A DNA stretch of 64,000 nt from Candidatus Binatus sp. (GCF_030646925.1 NZ_JAUSKL010000102.1:3457-67456), one strand, 5' to 3'. Shown: positions 54,894 through 63,739, counted from the first letter of the stretch. Notes: generated by a model not told the origin, from the sequence alone. Translations and numbers: made by a program.

Positions 54894-55685
54894 TCACCAA
54901 TCCGCGCCGCCGCCGGTAATGCTCGGCATCCCAGTGTGCGCCATCAGGCCGCCGTCCGCGACGATACAAGTGCCGGTGACATAGGAAGCTTCATCGGACG
55001 CCAGAAACAACACCACGTTGGCGATTTCGATCGGCTCGCCGCAACGGCCCATCGGGACGGCCTGCTCCGATCGCTGCGCCATCTCGGGCAACGCGCGGCG
55101 CGACTTGAGGATCGGCGGCGTCAGGATGATTCCCGGACACACCGCGTGGCATCGGAGTCCCTTGCGCGCGGATTCGATCGCCGTCGCGCGCGTCAGATTG
55201 ATCACCCCTGCCTTGATTGCGTTGTAAGCGCCGAGGCCGTAGTCGCCGGCGAGGCCCGACACCGAGCCAGTATTGATGATCGCGCCCTTGCGCCGCGGCA
55301 CCATCACGCCGAGCGCGCATCGCGTCGCGTACCAATACGCCGTCAGCCCGATTTCGACGGCCTTGCGAAAGTGCTCGAGCGTCATCTCGCCGACGCGTCC
55401 AGTGTAGAGGCGAATCGCGTTGTTGTGCAGGATGTCGAGTTGGCCGAACTTGTCGGTCGCGAACTTGATCATGTGCTCGACTTCCGGCGGATTGCCGACA
55501 TTCGCCACCAGCGCTTCGGCGGTACCGCCGGCGCTGCGAATCTCGCCGGCGACGCGGGTCGCGCCCTCCTCATTCAGATCGACCACGACCACCGCGGCGC
55601 CCTCCGCCGCGAGCCGTTTGGCGGTGGCTTCGCCTATTCCAGAGCCGGAGCCGGAAATCAGTGCGACCTTGTCTTTGAGTCTCAT
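54894..55685 (-). CDS. SDR-family oxidoreductase
   Basis: Motifs VALISGSGSGIGEA, YNAIKAG (YxxxK) and NNAI. Confidence 0.9.
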   Translation of the reverse strand: MRLKDKVALISGSGSGIGEATAKRLAAEGAAVVVVDLNEEGATRVAGEIRSAGGTAEALVANVGNPPEVEHMIKFATDKFGQLDILHNNAIRLYTGRVGEMTLEHFRKAVEIGLTAYWYATRCALGVMVPRRKGAIINTGSVSGLAGDYGLGAYNAIKAGVINLTRATAIESARKGLRCHAVCPGIILTPPILKSRRALPEMAQRSEQAVPMGRCGEPIEIANVVLFLASDEASYVTGTCIVADGGLMAHTGMPSITGGGADW

Positions 55686-56061
55686 CGGGAATCCTTCTTT
55701 TGAGTTATTGCTGCGATTGTCGATTTAAGAACTTCGCGACTATAGCGCCGATCGCATCAATCCGGCAGTGCCGCGAGCGGCGATGCGCGCCGCCGTAATT
55801 CGTTTCGCGAGCGCAAAACCTCGCGGTCGGATTGTGTCAGGATCGCTCACTTGCGGAACCAGAGTCACCAATTCACACATCGCGACGGGCACCGGAACGC
55901 GTCTCGCGAATAATCGCGGCAATCGCGAAGCCGCTGAAATATCAAGAGAATTGGCTCCCTGCTGAGGCGCCGAACGGTACTCTGCGCGACTCGATACTAG
56001 CTAGGTTGCGCGGAAATGTTCGTGGCCCGGAAGATGCTCTCTCATCGGCAGGGGAGCAGCC

Positions 56062-56304
56062 ATGAACGCGAAACCTTCGGTCATCGAGCGGCATCACTAC
56101 GCCAGAGGAACGATCGTCCAACGCCTGATCGGAAAGCGCTGCACGACAGAACTACGCAACGCCCCGGTCGGGCAAGCTGCCGAGCCGCATTGGGACATCC
56201 TCTATTCACCGAACGATGCCCGGCGCGACCTGATCGCATTCAGCATCGCGCTCGCGATCACGCTGATGACGTTGGCGCTCACCAACTGTGGCATCCTGAA
56301 ATGA
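56062..56304 (+). CDS. small protein with C-terminal TM helix
   Basis: 80 aa. RBS aggggag lies upstream. The C-terminus is LIAFSIALAITLMTLALTNCGIL. The stop overlaps the next start (ATGA at 56301-56304). Confidence 0.4.
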   Translation: MNAKPSVIERHHYARGTIVQRLIGKRCTTELRNAPVGQAAEPHWDILYSPNDARRDLIAFSIALAITLMTLALTNCGILK

Positions 56305-56459
56305 GTATCCTGCACACCATTCTCTTCGCGGCGACTTTGATATTCGCGCTGTCGGTGTACGTCGCAGACGATCAGTCGCCCGGCTTGCAGCGATCTTCCT
56401 CGGATGCGTGCCTGCTAGTGGCCGGCGTATTCTGCGCGATCCTCGGCAGCTTTACCTGA
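56301..56459 (+). CDS. 52-aa two-TM membrane peptide
   Basis: MSILHTILFAATLIFALSVYVADDQSPGLQRSSSDACLLVAGVFCAILGSFT. Translationally coupled to the upstream ORF. Confidence 0.4.
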   Translation: MSILHTILFAATLIFALSVYVADDQSPGLQRSSSDACLLVAGVFCAILGSFT

Positions 56460-56574
56460 GCCGACTCCTCGAAGCATCGCTCGCGATTCCATCGGCATTC
56501 AACTAGCCGATCTGCCGGTCATCGCAGTATCGTAGCTGCGTCCGATTCCCTTTCATGACCGCAGGAGAAAATCG

Positions 56575-57417
56575 ATGAGCGAATACCAATTCATCCAGGT
56601 TGAGGCAGTCGAGCCCGGCGTCTGCCGCATCGCGCTCAACCGGCCCGAGAAGCGCAACGCACTTTCCAATCCACTCCGCAGCGAGTTGTTCGCGGCTCTG
56701 CGCAAGGCGGACCTCGACCCCGCGATCGGTGCTGTCATCATCAAGGGCAACGGCAAATGCTTCAGCGCCGGCTACGATCTCGCGCAGCCGCCGGGGACGC
56801 CGCTGCCGCGTCACGTCTCGCCGGGCGAAGGAATCTGGCCGCGCCATCTGGTCGATGGATGGTTCGAGATGTGGGACATGGCGACGCCGGTGATCGCGCA
56901 GGTTCACGGCTATTGCCTGGCCGGCGGCAGCGAGCTCGCGACGGCCTGCGACCTGGTGTATTGCGCCGAGGATGCGCAAATCGGCTATCCGCCGGTGCGC
57001 GCGATGTCCACGCCTGACTGTGCCTTCCATCCGTGGCTGATGGGAATGCGCAATGCGATGGAAATGATGCTGACTGGCGATTCGATTAGCGGTATCGAGG
57101 CGGCGCAGATGGGTTTCGCTAATCGCGCGTTCCCAGCCGGCCGGCTCGAAGCCGAGGTGCTGAACGTCGCGCGGCGCGTGGCAAAGATTCCGCGCGACCT
57201 GCAGGCGCTGAACAAGCGCGTGGTGCATCGCGCGATGGAAATCATGGGTGCGCGCGCTGCAATCCGCTCGGCCACCGAAATCCAGGCGCTATGCTTCCAT
57301 CAGCCTTCATCGCGCGAGTACCTGAAGAAGATGGCGCAGGACGTCAAGAGCGCACTCGACGAACGCGACTCGAAATTCGAGGACTATCGCACCGCGGAGC
57401 GCGCCAAAAAGAAGTGA
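56575..57417 (+). CDS. enoyl-CoA hydratase/isomerase (crotonase) family protein
   Basis: Motifs RIALNRPEKRNAL, IIKGNGKCFSAGYDL, VHGYCLAGGSELA. Confidence 0.9.
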   Translation: MSEYQFIQVEAVEPGVCRIALNRPEKRNALSNPLRSELFAALRKADLDPAIGAVIIKGNGKCFSAGYDLAQPPGTPLPRHVSPGEGIWPRHLVDGWFEMWDMATPVIAQVHGYCLAGGSELATACDLVYCAEDAQIGYPPVRAMSTPDCAFHPWLMGMRNAMEMMLTGDSISGIEAAQMGFANRAFPAGRLEAEVLNVARRVAKIPRDLQALNKRVVHRAMEIMGARAAIRSATEIQALCFHQPSSREYLKKMAQDVKSALDERDSKFEDYRTAERAKKK

Positions 57418-57431
57418 GCGCGAACGATTCG

Positions 57432-58268
57432 ATGGATCGAGTTGCGCTCACGATCGCGGGCTCCGATTCGAGCGGCGGCGCGGGCATCCAAGCGGACTTG
57501 AAGACGTTTGCCGCATTCAAGGTTTTCGGCGCCAGCGCGATCACCGCGATCACCGCGCAGAATACTCGCGGCGTGAGCGCGATCGCGAACCTGGAACCGG
57601 CATTCGTGGCGGCGCAAATCGACGCGGTCGCGGATGACTTCACAATCGCGGCGGCGAAAACCGGGATGCTCTCCCGCGCCGAAATAATCAGCGCCGTCGC
57701 GGATCGAATCCGCATCCGCAAAATCCCAAACCTCGTCGTCGATCCGGTGATCGTCGCGGCCAGCGGCGACATCCTGCTCGAGCCCGACGCGATCGCGCTG
57801 ATGCGCGAAGCGATGCTCCCGCTGGCGACCGTCGTCACGCCGAATCTGCGCGAGGCGAGCATCCTGACCGGGCGCGAGGTGTCGAATCGCGACGAGATGC
57901 GCGAAGCCGCGCGGACGCTGGTGGCGATGGGCGCTCGCGCGGCGCTGGTGAAGAGCGGACGGCTTGCTGATGCCGCGCACGATCGCGATTCCCAGCATCG
58001 TGACGCAATCGACATTCTTTACGACGGGCGCAACTTCCGCGAATTCAGCGCGAAGCGAGTGCCGATCGAACGCGCGCATGGCGCAGGATGCACGCTGTCG
58101 GCGGCGATCGCGGCGTCGCTCGCCAGAGGTGCGTCGCTCGAAAATGCGATTGACGCCGCCAAGCGCTACGTAACGCTCGCGCTCGAAAATGCGCCGCGGA
58201 TCGGTCACGGTGCGCGTCCGCTCAATCATTCGGTGGCAGCCTCGTTGATCGATTCAGAGAAGGAGTGA
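57432..58268 (+). CDS. thiD: hydroxymethylpyrimidine/phosphomethylpyrimidine kinase
   Basis: Motif ALTIAGSDSSGGAGIQADLKTF, and GAGCTLSAAIAA. A GTG at 57414 (GTGA overlap with the crotonase stop) is an alternative start. Confidence 0.9.
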   Translation: MDRVALTIAGSDSSGGAGIQADLKTFAAFKVFGASAITAITAQNTRGVSAIANLEPAFVAAQIDAVADDFTIAAAKTGMLSRAEIISAVADRIRIRKIPNLVVDPVIVAASGDILLEPDAIALMREAMLPLATVVTPNLREASILTGREVSNRDEMREAARTLVAMGARAALVKSGRLADAAHDRDSQHRDAIDILYDGRNFREFSAKRVPIERAHGAGCTLSAAIAASLARGASLENAIDAAKRYVTLALENAPRIGHGARPLNHSVAASLIDSEKE

Positions 58269-58960
58269 GGACTCGATCGATGACGACGCGAAATTCATTC
58301 ACGCAGGCGATCCGCGCTAAGGCGCAACCGATTTGGGATCGCGAACTGCAGCACCCGTTCGTACGCGGCCTCGGCGACGGGACGCTCTCGCTCGATCGAT
58401 TTCGCTTCTACCTGGCGCAGGATTACGTCTTCCTGATCGAATACGGCCGCGTGTTCGCGCTGGCGGCGGCCAAGGCGCGCGACCTCGGCACGATTGGATT
58501 TTTTGCGAAGCTGCTCGACGAGACGCTGAACACCGAGATGCGATTGCATCGCGATTACTGCCGACGCCTCGGAATCGCGGAAGCCGAGCTCGAGGCGACT
58601 ACGCCGGCGCCAATCACTCACGCTTACACGCGGCATCTGCTGACCGTCGCGTACAGCGGCTCGCTCGTGGAAATCGTGGCGGCGGTGATCCCGTGCCAGC
58701 TTGGCTACGCGGAAATCGGGACTGCGCTCGCGCGCGAAAATTGCGGCCGCGAAAACGCGAACTACTCAGAATGGATCGATATGTACTCCTCGCCGGAATT
58801 CCTTGCGGGGGCAGAAAAACTTGGGACTCTGCTCGACGATCTCACCGCGGGATTGCCCGCGCGCGAGTTGGCGCTGCTCGAGACGCTTTTTCTGACCAGC
58901 AGCCGCTACGAATATCTGTTCTGGGAGATGGCGTGGACGCAGGCGTCGTGGCCGGTCTGA
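58265..58960 (+). CDS. tenA: thiaminase II / aminopyrimidine aminohydrolase
   Basis: Motifs HPFVRGLGDGTLSLDRFRFYLAQDYVFL and EWIDMYSSPEF. The GTG overlaps the thiD stop; ATG 58280 is an alternative start. Confidence 0.85.
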   Translation: MRTRSMTTRNSFTQAIRAKAQPIWDRELQHPFVRGLGDGTLSLDRFRFYLAQDYVFLIEYGRVFALAAAKARDLGTIGFFAKLLDETLNTEMRLHRDYCRRLGIAEAELEATTPAPITHAYTRHLLTVAYSGSLVEIVAAVIPCQLGYAEIGTALARENCGRENANYSEWIDMYSSPEFLAGAEKLGTLLDDLTAGLPARELALLETLFLTSSRYEYLFWEMAWTQASWPV

Positions 58961-59221
58961 CCCTTGCCGACGATACCTGTTTGGCCTACAAGGCGATTTG
59001 ACTTGGGTCATAAGGCGGCAATTCATAACGATACCGCTCTATTTCAAAAAGCGGTTCACGCAATAATGGATAGTCTCGATGAAAACGCCGGCACAAGCTC
59101 AGATGACCGCCGAGATACGCGATCGAGGTATTGTCGTCGATGACCTTGAATGGCGCCGCGAAGTCACGCTCAATGAAGAGTAGGCTTGGGCGCGGCTGTC
59201 CGCTCACGTAGAGGAGTACTC

Positions 59222-60025
59222 ATGTCTTTGCCGTATCGCAAAATTCTCTGCCCCGTGGACTTCGACGACAACTCGATCGCTGCTCTGGAGGCTGCGGCTG
59301 AACTCGCGCGGCATCATGATGCCACCCTATACGTCCTCCACACAGTGCCGATGATCGTGCCGCCCACCTCGATGCCGGTGTATGTCGATCTCTACCAGGG
59401 CCAGGAGCAGACGGCGGTCAAGAATCTGCAGGAACTCGCGCGCAAGTATCTGGCCGGAATCAAGTACGAAATCATGGTCAATATGGGCGAGCCGGCTGGC
59501 TCGATTCTCAAAGCGGAGCGCGGGATCGGCGCGGACCTGCTGGTGATGTCCACGCATGGACGGCGTGGCTTCTCGCGCTTCTTTCTCGGCAGCGTGGCCG
59601 AACTTGTGCTGCGCGAAGCCCGATGTCCGGTGCTGACGGTTCGCCGCCTCGCGCCGAAGAAAGACCAGGTGGGCGCCTGGATGACCCGTAATCCAGTGAC
59701 CGGACGACTCGACGAAATGCTCTCGGCGATTCACGCAAAGATGGTCGAAGGCGCGTTTCGGAGCATCCCGCTTGTCCAGGACGATCGCGTCGTCGCGATA
59801 CTCACCGAGGGAGACATTCGCGCGCAGGCAGGGCATTTGGACGATACACCGGCCAGCAAAGCCGTCACCCACGCGCTCGTGACGGTCGGACCCGACACCA
59901 CCGTTCGCGAAGCCGCACGTATCATGCGCGAGCGGAAAATCGACGGGCTTCCAGTGGTCGAGGATGGCCGCCTGGTCGGAATGATCACGACCAGCGATCT
60001 GCTCAAAGCAACCACCGTCGAATGA
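59222..60025 (+). CDS. universal stress protein domain fused to a CBS pair
   Basis: USP motifs ILCPVDFDDNS and LLVMSTHGRRGFSRFFLGSVAE. Two CBS motifs: IPLVQDDRVVAILTEGD and LPVVEDGRLVGMITTSD. Confidence 0.85.
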   Translation: MSLPYRKILCPVDFDDNSIAALEAAAELARHHDATLYVLHTVPMIVPPTSMPVYVDLYQGQEQTAVKNLQELARKYLAGIKYEIMVNMGEPAGSILKAERGIGADLLVMSTHGRRGFSRFFLGSVAELVLREARCPVLTVRRLAPKKDQVGAWMTRNPVTGRLDEMLSAIHAKMVEGAFRSIPLVQDDRVVAILTEGDIRAQAGHLDDTPASKAVTHALVTVGPDTTVREAARIMRERKIDGLPVVEDGRLVGMITTSDLLKATTVE

Positions 60026-60033
60026 GCATCCGG

Positions 60034-60489
60034 TCACGTGACCTTTCGAACGCGGGCAGTCGAATGCGCGGTGAGTACCGGGATTGGTGATTCGCGCACG
60101 ACCCGTTCGGCGACACTACCCATGATCAGACGACTGAGGCCTCGACGTCCGTGGGTGCCCATGACGATCAGATCGGCGCGGAGGTCGCGCGCCGCGTCGA
60201 GCACTTGCTGGGCCGGATCGCCGGCCATCACCAGCGTGTCGTAGCGCATCGGAGGAGGGATCCGCTCGCGCGCAATCCTCGCCAGTTGCTCCCACCTTTC
60301 CGTCTCGACGCATGGAAAAGGCAGCTTCGGCCCGTGCTGAAAGCCGTCCTTATTGGCTGGAAATGGCGCCACGTTCAGCAGATGCAGGGACGCATCGTTT
60401 TGCCGCGCGAGCTTCAGCGCCACCTCGAGAGCCGCCATCGAATGCTCTGCAAAGTCAATCGGACATAGGATCCTTTGAAAGGCCTGCAT
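60034..60489 (-). CDS. universal stress protein
   Basis: Start at ATG 60489 after ggaggaaacgagg. Motifs ILCPIDFAEHS and LIVMGTHGRRGLSRLIMGSVAE. Confidence 0.85.
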   Translation of the reverse strand: MQAFQRILCPIDFAEHSMAALEVALKLARQNDASLHLLNVAPFPANKDGFQHGPKLPFPCVETERWEQLARIARERIPPPMRYDTLVMAGDPAQQVLDAARDLRADLIVMGTHGRRGLSRLIMGSVAERVVRESPIPVLTAHSTARVRKVT

Positions 60490-60819
60490 CCTCGTTTCCT
60501 CCAACGGCTCGCCGCCGAACCTTCTGGCGTCGCACCTTCGTCTTGTCCGCCCCGGCCAAAGAGCAATCTGCGGACCAGCGATCTCGACTGTAAAACCACG
60601 CCAAACGTCCGCCCGAGTGTATCGAAACGCTGCCATTGCTGATGCGCGTGGTATCAATCCGCGACCATAATCAACGCCACGGTCGATCAGGCGAAACGAT
60701 CTCTTCGAAACTCATTCAGTTTTGCACCAGTCAGCGAGAAACTCCTCGATCACGCAGATATCATCCAGTTGCCGCTGAAATAGCTCGATGTGATAACTTT
60801 GACGCTGGAGAAAATCGGC

Positions 60820-61242
60820 ATGGAAAATCTGAAAGTTCGCGACGTAATGACTGCGGACGCCACTACCCTCGGTCGCAACGACAAGCTCACGCTCGCCGAC
60901 GACATCATGCGCCTGGGGCGAATCCGCCATCTGCCGGTGGTCGATGACGACGGCCAGACGCTGGTCGGCGTCGTCAGCCAGCGCGACCTCTTTCGCGACG
61001 CGCTCGCGCATGCGCTCGGCTATGGACGCCATGCGCAGCGCGCGGTCCTCGGTACGTTGTCGGTCAAGGAAGTGATGAGCAGCGACGTGATCACTACCAG
61101 CCCCGATACGTCACTGGTCGAGGCGGCGCGAATCCTGACGGAGCGGAAGATCGGATGCCTGCCGGTGGTCGAGCACGGACGCCTGGTCGGCATCCTCACG
61201 GAGGGCGACTTTGTCGCGCTGATCGCGCGCGGAAAGAAGTAG
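60820..61242 (+). CDS. CBS-pair domain protein
   Basis: Motifs VRDVMTADATTL, LPVVDDDGQTLVGVVSQRD, LPVVEHGRLVGILTEGD. Confidence 0.85.
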   Translation: MENLKVRDVMTADATTLGRNDKLTLADDIMRLGRIRHLPVVDDDGQTLVGVVSQRDLFRDALAHALGYGRHAQRAVLGTLSVKEVMSSDVITTSPDTSLVEAARILTERKIGCLPVVEHGRLVGILTEGDFVALIARGKK

Positions 61243-61294
61243 GATTCGCCCCCCCCGCGATTATCCTCCGCCTTGGCGTGATCGCGCAATCAAA

Positions 61295-61323
61295 TGCCCC
61301 GGCCGGGAATCGAACCCGGACTT
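61295..61323 (-). repeat. 29-bp direct repeat of the tRNA-Arg 3' end (distal att-like site)
   Basis: tgccccggccgggaatcgaacccggactt is identical to 63473-63501 (T-arm plus acceptor 3' strand of the tRNA). Confidence 0.9.
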
Positions 61324-61508
61324 ATTATCCAAGCTACGTCAAGCTAATCAAAGCGATAAACCCCAACGCGCATCGGTGCGAGGTGGCAAGCGATGATTGC
61401 CGCCGTTGGGATAGTTTCGCCCTGTTTTGCGGCGCGTTTAGCCGCAAGTAAGCCACAAGATTTTCAGCGGGATGGAGCAGGGGTAGCTCGCCTGGCTCAT
61501 AAAACATC

Positions 61509-61805
61509 ATGACCGAGAAGCAACTCACTACGATGCGCTTGAACGGTCGAAAATCCGGACAAGCGAAAGTGGCTGCCGGGTTTTTCTCATCCGCGAACCA
61601 ATCGCGGCGGCGAATAAACCAACTCGCTGCCGAGGAATCCCAAGCCCAAGAGATGCGCGCGCGTGGCTTCGAGGTATTCTCGCCTACCGTCGTTTGCGAC
61701 CGAATCGCCGTTAAAGATGGTCAAGTATTCTTCGTCGAGTTCAAACGGCGCGGGCAGAAACTACGCCGCGCTCAGCAAACAATCGCCGATTTGGTACAGT
61801 TTTAA
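61509..61805 (+). CDS. small PD-(D/E)XK / VRR-NUC-like nuclease-fold protein
   Basis: The 98-aa product contains GFEVFSPTVVCDRIAVKDGQVFFVEFKRRGQKLRRAQQ, which fits the D...ExK...Q pattern. Confidence 0.45.
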   Translation: MTEKQLTTMRLNGRKSGQAKVAAGFFSSANQSRRRINQLAAEESQAQEMRARGFEVFSPTVVCDRIAVKDGQVFFVEFKRRGQKLRRAQQTIADLVQF

Positions 61806-61975
61806 CGTTCGAGGAATTCGAATCGGCAACTGGAGTCGCGGTGAGCACGTTGAATCGATGGGTTGACGATCATCGGCTGAATGAGGCGAACGGACTGGTC
61901 AAGCGGGAAGGCTGGCCCTCGCCGCGAATCGACGCGATCGTGTTCGCGGAAAAGTTCCAGGCGCGGCGATTGTGA
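61805..61975 (+). pseudogene. AlpA/excisionase-like HTH reading frame without a convincing start
   Basis: The frame reads TFEEFESATGVAVSTLNRWVDDHRLNEANGLVKREGWPSPRIDAIVFAEKFQARRL followed by a stop. The only in-frame start is GTG 61841, which falls inside the HTH. Confidence 0.35.
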
Positions 61976-61990
61976 GATGAGCGCGGTGAT

Positions 61991-62731
61991 TCAGATAGCT
62001 TTTTTCTTGCGCGGGCGTTTCGGCGCCCAGATGTCGAAGCGCAGGCCCGGAGTTTCTCTGCCGGGTACAGGTATGAACACCGCCTGCAATGCGGCGGCGA
62101 TTGGTTCTTCGGCTGAGGTCTTTGAAGCGATTTCTGCCGCTGTGTCGCGGGGAACGTATCCGAGCTGCTCGCGGCACTGCGCACCCGTCGTGCGATCCAC
62201 CCAGGTGCCGATGACGGCGATTGCGCTGCGGTCAAATACATTTCCGGGTTCGCGTGCCAGGACCAGACCCTGCTTGAAACCTCTGACGAACCCGTCCGCG
62301 AAGGCTTGCCGGCGCGAGATGCCAGCGACAGCTACTTGCCGCGCAAGCTTGCGGCCCATGCCAGGCGGGCAACCGGCTCGAACTTCGATGGTGTGCGTGG
62401 GCCGGTGTTCGTATGGACGGTCGCCAATAAAGCCTTCACTACTTATGTGGATACCGGCTCGCTCGAGGTCGTCGATTTCAATTCCCGTGCTCGTTACATG
62501 GATACCATCTCGCTCTAGGTCGGCGATTGCGGATGCGACTGCGGAGGGTTCGGTTTCCGCGATTGCTTTCTCTAGTTGCGCGGCGGTCTCTTCGATTTGC
62601 TCAAGCGCTGTGTCTATCTTGCGGAATGGTTCCGCAAGAGACGGCGCGGCGCTCTCCCGCTTTGACGACAGCGCGACTATCAGCAGCACACAGAAGAGCA
62701 ACAAGACTACGCCGATTGCTAGCATCGGCAT
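61991..62731 (-). CDS. membrane-anchored HIRAN-domain protein
   Basis: Start moved to ATG 62731 or 62725, giving MPMLAIGVVLLLFCVLLIVAL (TM). Internal duplication: DLERDGIHVTSTGIEI / DLERAGIHISSEGFIG. HIRAN motifs: LVLAREPGNVFDRSAIAV and QLGYVPRDTAAEIA. The upstream part of track ORF 61991..63217 is antisense to the integrase. Confidence 0.7.
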   Translation of the reverse strand: MPMLAIGVVLLLFCVLLIVALSSKRESAAPSLAEPFRKIDTALEQIEETAAQLEKAIAETEPSAVASAIADLERDGIHVTSTGIEIDDLERAGIHISSEGFIGDRPYEHRPTHTIEVRAGCPPGMGRKLARQVAVAGISRRQAFADGFVRGFKQGLVLAREPGNVFDRSAIAVIGTWVDRTTGAQCREQLGYVPRDTAAEIASKTSAEEPIAAALQAVFIPVPGRETPGLRFDIWAPKRPRKKKAI

Positions 62732-62767
62732 TTCATATCGCGGCGCGAGGCTAACTGGAAGGGCAGT

Positions 62768-63523
62768 ATGAGCGCGGTACTTCAAATCGTGCGGGAGCAG
62801 GCGGCAGACGCGCCGGCGGAGTTTATCCGGCTGATACGGGCGGCGGCGACCGAGGCGCATCGCGGGTTCTACCTGGTGCAGGGCCTCGGCGGGATGCGCG
62901 TGGGCGAGGCGATAGGCCTTGCGTGGACCAACGTGAGTTTCGAGACGGGCGCGATCGCGGTGCGCCAGCAGATGCTCGAAAGCGGGCATCTGACGGAGCG
63001 GCTGAAGACGCGGCGGTCGCGGCGGGAAGTCGAGATGTTCGCGCCGGTAAGCGCGGCGCTCGCCGGCTTGCGTGCCGCGACGATGATGGCGGGCGAGTTG
63101 GTATTTGCGAATCGGGACGGATCGCCGTTCAACATCCGATGGCAGAATGACGACCCGTGGCGGCGCACGCTGTTGCGCGCCGAGGTGCCGTTTCGCAAGC
63201 TGTCGAATCTGCGCCACACCTACACGTCATTCATGCTGGCGGCGGGCAAGCCGATCCAGTGGATTGCATCGCAGCTCGGGCATGTCGGAGGGCGGAAAAT
63301 CGATGAGGTGTACGGGCGCTGGGTGAATACGCCGGCGAATGCGCGGCTCGATCTCGGCGATTTTTTCGAGCAGGTGATGGCCTCGAGCGTCGAGGGCGCC
63401 GCGCGGATAGCCGTAGGTAAGCCGTATCGCAAGGCGAAAACGCAAAATACCGTAGCATTGGCGGGCTTAAACTGCCCCGGCCGGGAATCGAACCCGGACT
63501 TGAGGTTCCGGAGACCTCCGTGA
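62768..63523 (+). pseudogene. tyrosine recombinase/integrase, catalytic domain only (N-terminal arm/core-binding domains missing)
   Basis: Motifs GGMRVGEAIGLAWTNV (Arg I), LRHTYTSFMLAAG (HxxR), QLGH and EVYGRW (Tyr). The ORF starts just before Arg I and reads through into the tRNA gene. Confidence 0.7.
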
Positions 63524-63544
63524 TGTCCTTTTCACTACCGGGGC
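63473..63544 (-). tRNA. tRNA-Arg (anticodon CCG), 72 nt, CCA not encoded
   Basis: Hand-folded cloverleaf: acceptor GCCCCGG/CCGGGGC, D-arm GTGA-AAAGGACA-TCAC, anticodon arm GAGGT-CTCCGGA-ACCTC, variable AAGT, T-arm CCGGG-TTCGATT-CCCGG, discriminator A. Confidence 0.9.
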
Positions 63545-63739
63545 GCGAGTAGAGAACCAGAACTATATCAAGCAATCCGGCGGAACAAGAAAGGATCGAC
63601 GAATCGAACGCGCTTCGAGAGCAGCTAAATTCGCATCGCGCCAGAGAGCTTCGTCTGATCCGCGCTCCGTCGCGTGGGCTCGACGTGTCGCTTCACTGAG
63701 AGTTTGAGAATTTCTTGTCGATGAGTGATCTATCTCCGG

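Larger units (their letters stand above)
61295..63501. mobile_element. decayed ~2.2-kb integrative islet inserted at the 3' end of tRNA-Arg(CCG)
   Basis: Bounded by the 29-bp direct repeats. A tyrosine-recombinase fragment lies next to the tRNA. The cargo is a nuclease-like ORF, an Xis-like HTH frame and a HIRAN protein. Confidence 0.75.

Noticed and set aside
57291-58300. Search for a TPP riboswitch ahead of thiD/tenA
   Set aside because: thiD and tenA overlap or abut the upstream genes (GTGA overlaps), leaving no leader. No TPP-like ctgaga/acctga core was seen.
59079-59183. 34-codon ORF MKTPAQAQMTAEIRDRGIVVDDLEWRREVTLNEE upstream of the USP-CBS gene, and the opposite-strand ORF 58986..59207
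   Set aside because: The RBS is weak, I recognise no family, and the ORFs are too short to judge without conservation data.
61475-61500. tRNA-like string ggagcaggggtagctcgcctggctca inside the islet
   Set aside because: It resembles a tRNA 5' acceptor/D-arm, but I could not fold a D-stem or find the remaining arms. At best it is a fragment.
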